From Dehalococcoidia bacterium (GTDB lineage Bacteria; Chloroflexota; Dehalococcoidia; Bin125), in assembly GCA_963663895.2 (NCBI GenBank), contig CAXXRD010000001.1:192001-256000 (forward strand): 64,000 nt of DNA, written 5' to 3'. Numbering within the stretch: the stretch's first letter is position 1; each line of letters starts with the position of its first letter. Positions 39,793 through 47,605 of this stretch are shown here, one piece after another. The position numbers were made by a program, and so were the translations under genes. The notes under the pieces were generated by a model, which saw nothing but the letters and a program-made list of their open reading frames with translations, had not been told where the DNA came from and made no database searches.

Positions 39793-40713
39793 CTAGGTCC
39801 GCTCCCGGATCGCTTTCAAGATCGCAACGTTCTCCGCATCGGGTCCCTTGCCTGCGAACCCCGGCACCTCCAATAGAAAGGGCGCCTGCCGGAAAGCGGA
39901 GTGAGCCAGCAGGTTGAGAAATCCCTGCTCCCCGATCGTCCCCTCGCCGATGTTCTCATGACGGTCGCGACCAGACCGCAGCTCGGTCTTGGAATCGTTG
40001 GCGTGCACCGCGACCAGCCGCTCGTAGCCGATCTCCCGATCGAACTCGACCATGAGTCGGTCAAGCGCCTCGGCATCCCGCAGGTCGTAGCCAGACGAGA
40101 ACGCATGACAGGTGTCCAAGCACACTTTGACGCGGTCGCTTCCCACCCCATCGATAATGGCGCCGATCTCATCCCACGTGCTGCCCACGCTATCCCCCGC
40201 CCCCGCGCTGTTCTCGATGCAGAGCGCCGCTTCGTCCGGCGAATCGTCGAGGACTTGCTGCATCGCGTCGATCACCTGAGGCAGCACCTCTTCGAACCCG
40301 ATCCCCTTGTGCGACCCCACATGGAAGATCACTCCCTTGATGCCCAGCCGTGCGGCCAAGCGCAGGTCGGCGATCAGCGACTCGATCCCCTTCTCCATGT
40401 TTCCCTGGCTCTGCGAAGCGAGGTTCGTCAGATAAATTCCGTGGATGAAATTCGGCCCGATCCCGGCTTCCGCTACGCCTCGACGGAATGCCGCCACGGA
40501 CTCCTCGTCGTGCTGCTTCCGGCGCCAACTCTGTGGCGCCGCACCGAAGATCTGCATCGCCTCCGCCCCGATCTCGAGTGCGTTGGCGACCGCCTTCTCG
40601 ATGCTGCCCGCCGCCGAGACGTGCGCGCCGACGCGCGGCAGCTCCAGATCGGTCCGCGCCACACCTTCCTTCGCGGCCTGCCCGTCAGCCACCTGCTTCA
40701 CCGCAACCTTCAC
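39793..40713 (-). CDS. nfo: Endonuclease IV
   Basis: VGAHVS, HGIYLTNL, FHVGSH, IENSAG, CLDTCH, VHANDS, DRHENIG; start approximate. Confidence 0.95.
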   Translation of the reverse strand: MKVAVKQVADGQAAKEGVARTDLELPRVGAHVSAAGSIEKAVANALEIGAEAMQIFGAAPQSWRRKQHDEESVAAFRRGVAEAGIGPNFIHGIYLTNLASQSQGNMEKGIESLIADLRLAARLGIKGVIFHVGSHKGIGFEEVLPQVIDAMQQVLDDSPDEAALCIENSAGAGDSVGSTWDEIGAIIDGVGSDRVKVCLDTCHAFSSGYDLRDAEALDRLMVEFDREIGYERLVAVHANDSKTELRSGRDRHENIGEGTIGEQGFLNLLAHSAFRQAPFLLEVPGFAGKGPDAENVAILKAIRERT

Positions 40714-40778
40714 GATCCCGCATCTGCGCCACACGGTCCCCCGAAACAAGCGCAGTATACGTGCGCGCGATCGCGGGC

Positions 40779-41585
40779 TTAGCCCGCGTTGGCTCCGCCA
40801 CCTAATCGCCCCAACGTCTCGTCCGGGAAGTGCGGAGGCGTCACATCGATCACGCTCCCCGAGACGAACCGCGCCCGTTCCGTGCACAAAAATGCAACAA
40901 CCTCCGCCACATCCTGCGGCTCGGGCCCCTCTCGCCGATCCTGGTCCAAGCCCTTGCCGATCACGCGCGCGTCAATCGCCGCATCATCCGGCACATCCAG
41001 CCACGACGGCGCCACCGCATTCACGGTGATCCCATGCCGGAGCTCCCGCTCTCCCAGATTGCGCGCAATCCAGTGACGGGCCGCCTTCCCGAGCGGGTAG
41101 TCCAGCGGCGCGACGGGCGGCTCCATCGGCCACAGCTCCGCCGCGTGTCCGCCGATCAACACGACCCGGCCCCACTCTTGTGCTCGCATCGACGGCAGGG
41201 CGGCGCGCAGACAGTAGAAAACCGCGTCTTGCTCGAGGCGCAGCACGCGCCGCCAATGATCCGGCTCGATCGCGACGATCTCTTGAGGTTTCCAGTCGCC
41301 TCCCACATTCACGACAACGATATCGACCGTCCCGAACCGCTCCCCGACCACCCCCCACAGTCGCTCCACGTCCGCTGCGTCCCCCGCATCGACGGCGCAC
41401 GCGATCGCCGCTCCGCCCATCGCCTCGATGCGCTTCACCACTTCCTGCGCCGCTGCCGCCCTGCTGCGGTAGGTCACAACGATCGCCGCACCCTCGCGGG
41501 CCAGCGTGAGCGCGATGGCCCGCCCCAGCCCTCGGGATGCGCCCAGCACGAGCGCGGTCCGGCCGGTCAATTCAGCCACGGGCAT
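40779..41585 (-). CDS. SDR family oxidoreductase
   Basis: ALVLGASRGLG, WGRVV, YPLGK, GITVNAVAP, FVSGSVI. Confidence 0.9.
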   Translation of the reverse strand: MPVAELTGRTALVLGASRGLGRAIALTLAREGAAIVVTYRSRAAAAQEVVKRIEAMGGAAIACAVDAGDAADVERLWGVVGERFGTVDIVVVNVGGDWKPQEIVAIEPDHWRRVLRLEQDAVFYCLRAALPSMRAQEWGRVVLIGGHAAELWPMEPPVAPLDYPLGKAARHWIARNLGERELRHGITVNAVAPSWLDVPDDAAIDARVIGKGLDQDRREGPEPQDVAEVVAFLCTERARFVSGSVIDVTPPHFPDETLGRLGGGANAG

Positions 41586-42069
41586 CCAAAATGCGCTCCA
41601 GCTGGCGGACATGAAAAAGCTGGTGATCGGCGATCGTCAGCAGCAGCGTCCGCAGCGAAACGTCCACTCCCTGCGAAGCATCCTCCGTCTCCCCGGCCAC
41701 CTCGACGATTCCAGGCTCCCGCAGCTGCGCGGGCTCCAGCCCCTCCAGCAACCGGCAGGTATCCTCTCGCACCGCGTTGACCGCCCAGCGCAACTCGTTC
41801 ACGTCCGCTGCCGGGTCCGCAGCAGGCAAGCGGGTCGCGTCCGATAGCAGGGCAGGCCGATCCGGCGCCACTGCCTCCCGCAGATCCGCCAACTGCGGTT
41901 GCAGCCAATGCTCCGCGTGGATCACGTGCTGCAGTACCTCACGGACCGACCATTCCCCTGGCGCCAACCGTCGATCCAGGTCAGAAGGAGTGAGCCGTTC
42001 GATCGTCGCGGTGAGTTCCCTCAAGTTCTCGGCCAGCACGGCCGCGATGGCGGCGGGATCGTTCGACAC
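41572..42069 (-). CDS. DinB family protein
   Basis: PGEWSVREVLQHV...HQLFH..QL. Confidence 0.82.
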   Translation of the reverse strand: MSNDPAAIAAVLAENLRELTATIERLTPSDLDRRLAPGEWSVREVLQHVIHAEHWLQPQLADLREAVAPDRPALLSDATRLPAADPAADVNELRWAVNAVREDTCRLLEGLEPAQLREPGIVEVAGETEDASQGVDVSLRTLLLTIADHQLFHVRQLERILDARG

Positions 42070-42391
42070 CACGGCAGTGTCGGCTAGCCTCAGTAGAGAC
42101 GTCAACGCACAGCCGGAGCAGCCGTGGCCATCGTCGACGCGATCCCAGCGCATACCGATCAGCTTCGGCGCTTCCTTATGGCCGCTCCCCCGGCCCCCGC
42201 CAGCCAACCCGCGCCCGCCGGCGGGGCGGGGAACAGGGGAGGGGGTCCAGCCCGCCCCTCCGTCCGCGGTCGGGAGAGGGCGTCACGGCTCGGGCATTCC
42301 CCCAAGGGAAGCGGACGATGGGACCCGCGCGGGGCCTCGCGGGCCCGCGCTACCCTTGCGCAGCCGCTGGAGGCGTGCGCTATGGACCTAC

Positions 42392-43405
42392 CTAGGCCTC
42401 TGCCGCCAGGGCGGCGTTCACGGCCGCTGCGGCTTCCGGCGTCACCCAGCTCTCCCAAATCTTGTTGTTGTTGAGGAACCAGATGGCCGCGTCGGAGGCT
42501 TCGGTGCCCTCGTTGGCGTCGATATACAGGAAGATGCTCTTGTAGAGATCGACCGTGAACTCCCAGTTCTCAAACATTGCGATCACCTCGGGGGCGCGCG
42601 GCGGCAGGCTCTTGTGCACCGCGACTAACACCAACGAATCATCGAAGGCGCAGGCCTTGCCGGTCTCCCAGCATTCCTCGCTGTAGGGCTCTTCTTGCAG
42701 GCGCACGAGGTCGAGCTTCAACCCGGGGTCGCTCGTGCCCCACATGTAGCCCAGCCAGGGCTCCTGCTTCTCGTAGGCGGCGTAGATGTCGGCGTAGAGC
42801 GCGCTCTGATCGCCGGGGCTGATCACGTGCAGGGCGTCGGCCAAGCCGTAGCTCTCGATCTGCTCGGTGTTGACCAGCGAGCAGGACCACGTCGGCACGC
42901 ACGCCACCAGACGCGCCTTGCCGCGGCTGTCGGGGGTGGCGAACAGCTCCTGGTATTCGGGCCGCAGCAGATCCTGGGGGGTCTGCAGGTCCGGGTGCGC
43001 GTCGGCGATGTACTTGGGAATGACGAACGTGCTCTGCCAATCGCCCACGAGGCTGGTCCCGATCTCCACCACGTCGCCCGCTTCGAGAGCCTTCTCCCAG
43101 CCCAGATCCTGGTTCGGCAGCCAGATCTCGAGCGTGACGTGAATGTCGCCGTTCTGCAGCCCCTGGAAGTTGGGCAGCGTGCCGCCGAAGATCACGTCGG
43201 TGGGGTAGCCGTAGCCGTGCTCCACGATGTACTGGGCGACGCGGTTCTGCACCTGCGCGCTCGTCCAGTTCAGATCGGAGAAGATGATCGGCTCCTTGGG
43301 CGCGTCCGCGTCGCCGTCCCCATCGCCCCCACAGGCGGCGGCCGTCAGGGCGAGCGCCGCCGCCAGGGCTATGGCTAGGGATCGGATCAAGGTTCGTGTT
43401 CGCAT
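42392..43405 (-). CDS. Glycine betaine/proline ABC transporter substrate-binding lipoprotein (orphan here)
   Basis: AAAC lipobox; DLNWTSA, HGYGY, EIW, C..W.C, Y.W motifs; GGGAGG RBS. Confidence 0.9.
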   Translation of the reverse strand: MRTRTLIRSLAIALAAALALTAAACGGDGDGDADAPKEPIIFSDLNWTSAQVQNRVAQYIVEHGYGYPTDVIFGGTLPNFQGLQNGDIHVTLEIWLPNQDLGWEKALEAGDVVEIGTSLVGDWQSTFVIPKYIADAHPDLQTPQDLLRPEYQELFATPDSRGKARLVACVPTWSCSLVNTEQIESYGLADALHVISPGDQSALYADIYAAYEKQEPWLGYMWGTSDPGLKLDLVRLQEEPYSEECWETGKACAFDDSLVLVAVHKSLPPRAPEVIAMFENWEFTVDLYKSIFLYIDANEGTEASDAAIWFLNNNKIWESWVTPEAAAAVNAALAAEA

Positions 43406-43506
43406 GGTGCCCTCCCAGGCTCGCTGAGCGTGAAACGCGATCTTAGCAGTGCGCTTAGTCATACAGAGAAGTATCCCTGAAGAGCAAGCATATTTATAGT
43501 TTTGAA

Positions 43507-43701
43507 TTATCCAGTTGGAACCTGGGAATCAACAGTGATCTCTTCTACAGGTTCGCTATCTCTGAGCCATGCAGTGGCCCGCCGAACATTAATCTGGTAC
43601 CGGGTTAGTGCTAGCCTTCGCCGCTGCTCTGCCAGCCTTGCTTGGGTCTCATTGGACACAACCAGTTGCTCCGATGGTTCGTCTTGTGTAGGCGCACTCA
43701 T
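43507..43701 (-). CDS. Small hypothetical protein
   Basis: ATGA overlap with the upstream gene; GAGG RBS. Confidence 0.45.
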   Translation of the reverse strand: MSAPTQDEPSEQLVVSNETQARLAEQRRRLALTRYQINVRRATAWLRDSEPVEEITVDSQVPTG

Positions 43702-44510
43702 GACGTTTCCTCTTCGTTGCTCTCGAATGGCAGATCCTTAATGCTCTTGTCGACTAGTTCCGTTGGCGGTGCCTCTAGCTGGTTGCGAAGGCCATCCAGT
43801 ATGCAAAGCTCATCCGTCGTCACTGACCGCACACTTTCACTACTGATAATGCGTAGTTCGACGCTTTGGCCGACGCCTGGTGCCAGTTCTGCTTGACGCT
43901 TGGCTCGGAATACGTTGAAGGCAGTCTCGTTGATGCTCTTTGACCAATGCTGGCCTGCCGCGACGAGACTCAGAATTGCGTGGCTTTGTCCACTCCCAAT
44001 CGCGTGATAGCCAATGCGATCGTAGGACGTCGATATACCAGGGTCGGAAATACCAAAGATGTGGGCGCCGCCCTGATCAACACCAGCAATGACCAGCGTC
44101 ACGCCGAATTGGGAATGCTGAACCTTGTTATCGAGTTCCACGGCGATCTCTATAGGAATCTGGCGAATGAGGCCTTGGTAGAATGACTTAATCGTTATCC
44201 CGCGCGGCTTAAACACAGCCTCTTCAATGCGCCTTGCTCGCAACTGGCAGTAGGTGTCCTTAATCGTGTCAGCGATCTGTTCTACGGCTGGGTTCTGGAA
44301 CTGTGTAGAAACAGGATATGCTGACGAAAAGAGATCACCAGACGGAAGCGCGTCGCCAGCGCTTAGGCCGACACAAGATGGCCCTAGGATCTCAATCTTT
44401 GAACCTGGGTGATCGAATTCGAGATCGAGGAACCCTGCGCTGATCATTCTGTCTGATGCGACTACAACAGCGGTCCTGTCCGCTGCTGTCGCCGCAATAC
44501 AAATGGTCAT
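43698..44510 (-). CDS. Proteasome beta-subunit-like Ntn hydrolase
   Basis: M-T-ICIAA N-terminal Thr, ASDRMIS, SKI, AGD, LVIAGVD, YHAIGSG. Confidence 0.75.
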   Translation of the reverse strand: MTICIAATAADRTAVVVASDRMISAGFLDLEFDHPGSKIEILGPSCVGLSAGDALPSGDLFSSAYPVSTQFQNPAVEQIADTIKDTYCQLRARRIEEAVFKPRGITIKSFYQGLIRQIPIEIAVELDNKVQHSQFGVTLVIAGVDQGGAHIFGISDPGISTSYDRIGYHAIGSGQSHAILSLVAAGQHWSKSINETAFNVFRAKRQAELAPGVGQSVELRIISSESVRSVTTDELCILDGLRNQLEAPPTELVDKSIKDLPFESNEEETS

Positions 44511-44743
44511 TTCACGTCTCGCCTGCTACCCCACCTCGCCTTCTCAGCACCCTTTTTGGCAATTTCGCGGCGGCGGTCGGCACTCAAGGACGCTGCGCGG
44601 GCCTTACCGCCCTTCTGCCCACCAGTCTGCTTTCTGGTGTTGACGTAGGACTCCTCGGCATCGCCAGTTGCGATCCGCATGCTGAGCACTGCGTTCTCAA
44701 TCACGTCTGTTAGGCGCTTTTCCCCGTCAGGCCCTGTTGGCAT
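44507..44743 (-). CDS. Small basic KGG-motif protein of a type recalled from IS1-like elements
   Basis: MPTGPDGEKR..DVI.NAV..MRIATG...GGQKGGKARAASLS..RRREIAKK.A..RW. Confidence 0.8.
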   Translation of the reverse strand: MPTGPDGEKRLTDVIENAVLSMRIATGDAEESYVNTRKQTGGQKGGKARAASLSADRRREIAKKGAEKARWGSRRDVK

Positions 44744-45027
44744 TCAACTGCCCCTTAGTCTTCACCGGGAACCAAAACCGCGTACGACAACACGGTAACA
44801 TCCTTCATTGATACGTACGGCCTCTGCAACGTTAAGGATGCCTAGCCCCGCGCAGCCCTGATCTGGGCCAAGGCGGTCAGGATCGCGGGGTGAGAGATCG
44901 CTGTCAACCCGTGCACAGGCTTTTCAAACCAAGACACTACCCGGCTCGTTGGAGCCGCCCTCGCTGTGGCGCGCGAGACGAATGAAGCGGTGTGACTAAC
45001 AGCGGTGCGCCCCGCCCGCCCCCGTCC

Positions 45028-46704
45028 CTACTCCGCGTCCCCGTCCTCCTCCTCCTCCGCCCCCTCGGGGACCGTCCAGACGACGGCGGCGCTGGTCGTG
45101 ACGGCCAGCAGGTCGCCGGGGGCGATGGGGAAGTCGACGCCGCGCGCGTCGGCCGGCGCGTAGCTCTGCCAGCCCTGCGATGCGTCGAAGCGCCAGATCG
45201 CCGTGACCTGATCCACGATCGCGGCCACCGCCGCCGAGGCCGCCAGCGCCGGTCCGGGCCAGGTGATCAGGTTCGACCCCTCCGCCAGCGAGATGCTGGC
45301 CGCCTGGCCGCGCTCGGGCAGGGGCGCGCTGGCCCGCACGTCCAGGTCGATGGCGGCCACGTAGGCCCGCACCCGCACCCCGTCCCTGGCGCCGTCCAGG
45401 GTGAAGACGGTGCGCGCCAGGCCGTCCATCGTCTCGGCCGTGACCGGATCGAAGGCGGGCATGGCGCTGGGGGTCGCCCCCACGGCGCTGAAGTGCACCG
45501 TGTAGCCGCTGGGGACGGCCGCGCCGCCGCTGTCGGTGACCAGCGCCGCCACGCCGTAGGCGCCGGCCGTCTCCCGCGGCGTCAGCACGAGCTGCAGCCG
45601 CGCCGCCGGCCCCACGATCCGGATGGCGGCGGTGGCCGAGAGCTCGCCCGCCTGGGCCGTGATCGTCACGGCGCCCGTTTCGGTCGCGTCCGCGGCCGAG
45701 ACGTGGGCCGCCGCGCGCCCGCTGGCGCCGGTGACCCCGGACTCGCCCTCGCCGCTGTGCACCACGGTCACGCCAGCCGCGTCGGTCTGGAAGCGCACGG
45801 GGACGCGCGGCACGGGCCGCCCGCCGGCGTCGAAGAGCGAGGCCACCAGCGTGCCCGGCGGCGCCGCGAAGGGCGTGTCGCCCAGGTTGACGCGCCGCGC
45901 CAGCGCCGTCAGCTCCAGCTGCGCCGGGGGACCGTGCAGGGTCAGCGCGAGGCTGGCCGTGGCGGCGCCGGCGGCGGCGCGCACGCGCACGGCGCCGGGA
46001 TCGGCGTGCAGATAGGCCGAGGCGCGCCCGCCGGCGTCGGTCGCGGCCGTGTAAGAGGCGGGCGCATCGTCCGCCGGGGCCGCGGCGCCGGCCGCCAGGC
46101 GGCCGCGGTCCGTCGTGAAGGCGACGGCGGCGCCGGGCACGGGCACGCCGGCGCGGTCGCGCACCTGCACGATCAGGCGCGGCGGCGCCGCCGCGCTCCG
46201 CACCGCGTCGGCGCTGGGGGTCTCGAAGGTGGTCGTGGCCGGCGCCCCGACGAAGGTGACCGTGGTCGAGCGGGCGCTGGCGCCGGCGCTGGCCGTCAGG
46301 GCCGCGGCGCCCAGCCGTCCGTCGCCCACCAGCGTGGCCGTGGCCACCGCCGTGCCGTCCCCCTGGTCGCGCAGCGAGACGCTGACGCGGCGGGGGCCGG
46401 CGGCGGCGCCGAAGGCGCCCCGCGTGGTCGTGAGCGTCACCTGGGTGACGGCCGCCGCCCCCGTGCCGGGGCTGACCGTGACCGTGATCGTCGATTGGCC
46501 GCCGGCGGCGGCGATCTTGGCGGGCGCCGCCTCCACGGCCCGCACCGTGGGCGGGGCCGCCTCGGCGGCGGCGGGCGCCAGCGCCAGGATCAGCCCGGCC
46601 GCCAGCGCCGCCAGCAGGATCAGGAGGAAGGGCCGCCCCCGTCCCGTGCGGGAAGGCGCCGGCCCGCCGCGCGCGGCGGCGTGCGTCGAGGGGCGCATGG
46701 GCAT
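45028..46704 (-). CDS. Secreted bacterial Ig-like (invasin/Big-type) repeat surface protein
   Basis: Signal peptide, repeated D..G.PV....V.F.T..G and TDA.G.A units, C-terminal L..G.NL..W.G...AIW.FD...W..Y.P domain. Confidence 0.8.
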   Translation of the reverse strand: MPMRPSTHAAARGGPAPSRTGRGRPFLLILLAALAAGLILALAPAAAEAAPPTVRAVEAAPAKIAAAGGQSTITVTVSPGTGAAAVTQVTLTTTRGAFGAAAGPRRVSVSLRDQGDGTAVATATLVGDGRLGAAALTASAGASARSTTVTFVGAPATTTFETPSADAVRSAAAPPRLIVQVRDRAGVPVPGAAVAFTTDRGRLAAGAAAPADDAPASYTAATDAGGRASAYLHADPGAVRVRAAAGAATASLALTLHGPPAQLELTALARRVNLGDTPFAAPPGTLVASLFDAGGRPVPRVPVRFQTDAAGVTVVHSGEGESGVTGASGRAAAHVSAADATETGAVTITAQAGELSATAAIRIVGPAARLQLVLTPRETAGAYGVAALVTDSGGAAVPSGYTVHFSAVGATPSAMPAFDPVTAETMDGLARTVFTLDGARDGVRVRAYVAAIDLDVRASAPLPERGQAASISLAEGSNLITWPGPALAASAAVAAIVDQVTAIWRFDASQGWQSYAPADARGVDFPIAPGDLLAVTTSAAVVWTVPEGAEEEEDGDAE

Positions 46705-46831
46705 GGCTGGGGCCTCCGTGCCTTCCTGCCGCTGGAGCAGTCTCCCGTCAGGGCGCCGGCGCCGTCCGCGGAGCGCGGGGTCCGGCGCGCTGGCGGGAGC
46801 CCTCTCCGGAGGGCCGGGAGAACGGCGGGGG

Positions 46832-46871
46832 AAAAGACGGAGCGGCCTCGCCTGGGCCAGGCCGCTCCGCC
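46832..46871 (-). terminator. Rho-independent terminator-like hairpin
   Basis: Minus strand GGCGGAGCGGCCT...AGGCCGCTCCGTC followed by TTTT. Confidence 0.75.
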
Positions 46872-46929
46872 CTTCCATCCCGTGACCGGGCGATCCCCGC
46901 GGGGACCGTCCGGTCTGCTTTACACGCGC

Positions 46930-47502
46930 CTAGCGCGCGCCGATGCCGGCGCGGCGGGTGACCGCCACGCCGCTCAGCGCGACCAGGGCCGCGACGGCCA
47001 GGGCCACCGGCAGCAGCGGGAAGCCGCCGCCCGTGCCCGCCAGCCCGCCGCTGCCCGTGTTGGGCAGCCCGGACGGCGTCTCGGGCGCGACCGGGGCCGG
47101 CTCGTCCGGCTCGGTGGCCGGCTCTTCCGGCTCTTCCGGCTCCGGCGACGTCAGGTCGAGGGCGACCGCGTCCATGCCGAACTGCTCGACGGCGTAGGCC
47201 ATCGAGGGCGCGCTGCCGTCGACCGTGAAGGTGACGCTGCTGGCGTCGCTGCTCTGCACGAGGATCTCCCACCCAGCATCGCTGATGCTGGAGGATCCGA
47301 CGGCCTCGCCGTCCTGGTTGGTGGCCGTGACCGTGCCGCTGGCGACCGCTTCGCCGTCCAGCGAAACGCTGCCGGCGTCGCCGTAGAAGATGTGCGGGCC
47401 CGGCGGGGGCGCCTGGGCGAAGGCGCTCGTTACGAGCGCGAGGGCCAGGGCGGCGGCGCCGGCAACCGCCAGCAAGCGCCACCCCTTACGAATACGAGCC
47501 AT
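46930..47502 (-). CDS. Secreted protein with sortase-type sorting signal (LPNTG)
   Basis: Signal peptide (AFA), PPPGPHIFYG domain, Pro/Glu linker, LPNTGSGG, hydrophobic helix, RR tail. Confidence 0.85.
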   Translation of the reverse strand: MARIRKGWRLLAVAGAAALALALVTSAFAQAPPPGPHIFYGDAGSVSLDGEAVASGTVTATNQDGEAVGSSSISDAGWEILVQSSDASSVTFTVDGSAPSMAYAVEQFGMDAVALDLTSPEPEEPEEPATEPDEPAPVAPETPSGLPNTGSGGLAGTGGGFPLLPVALAVAALVALSGVAVTRRAGIGAR

Positions 47503-47605
47503 GAGTGTGGCTTTCCTTTTCTATCGCTCTTGTTGCCGCGTCCAGGAGTCCGCGCCGGGGGCCGCCGCGCGGGCGGCCCCCAGACACGGATCCGTTTCGC
47601 TTTCC

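Larger units (their letters stand above)
43480..44941 (-). mobile_element. Lower-GC remnant of an IS1-family-like element carrying passenger genes, no transposase
   Basis: Terminus reads GGTAGTGTCTTGGTTTGAAAA on the minus strand from 44941 (IS1-type GGT(A/G)(A/G)TG end). KGG-type small protein next to it. Abrupt composition change at both borders. Confidence 0.55.
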
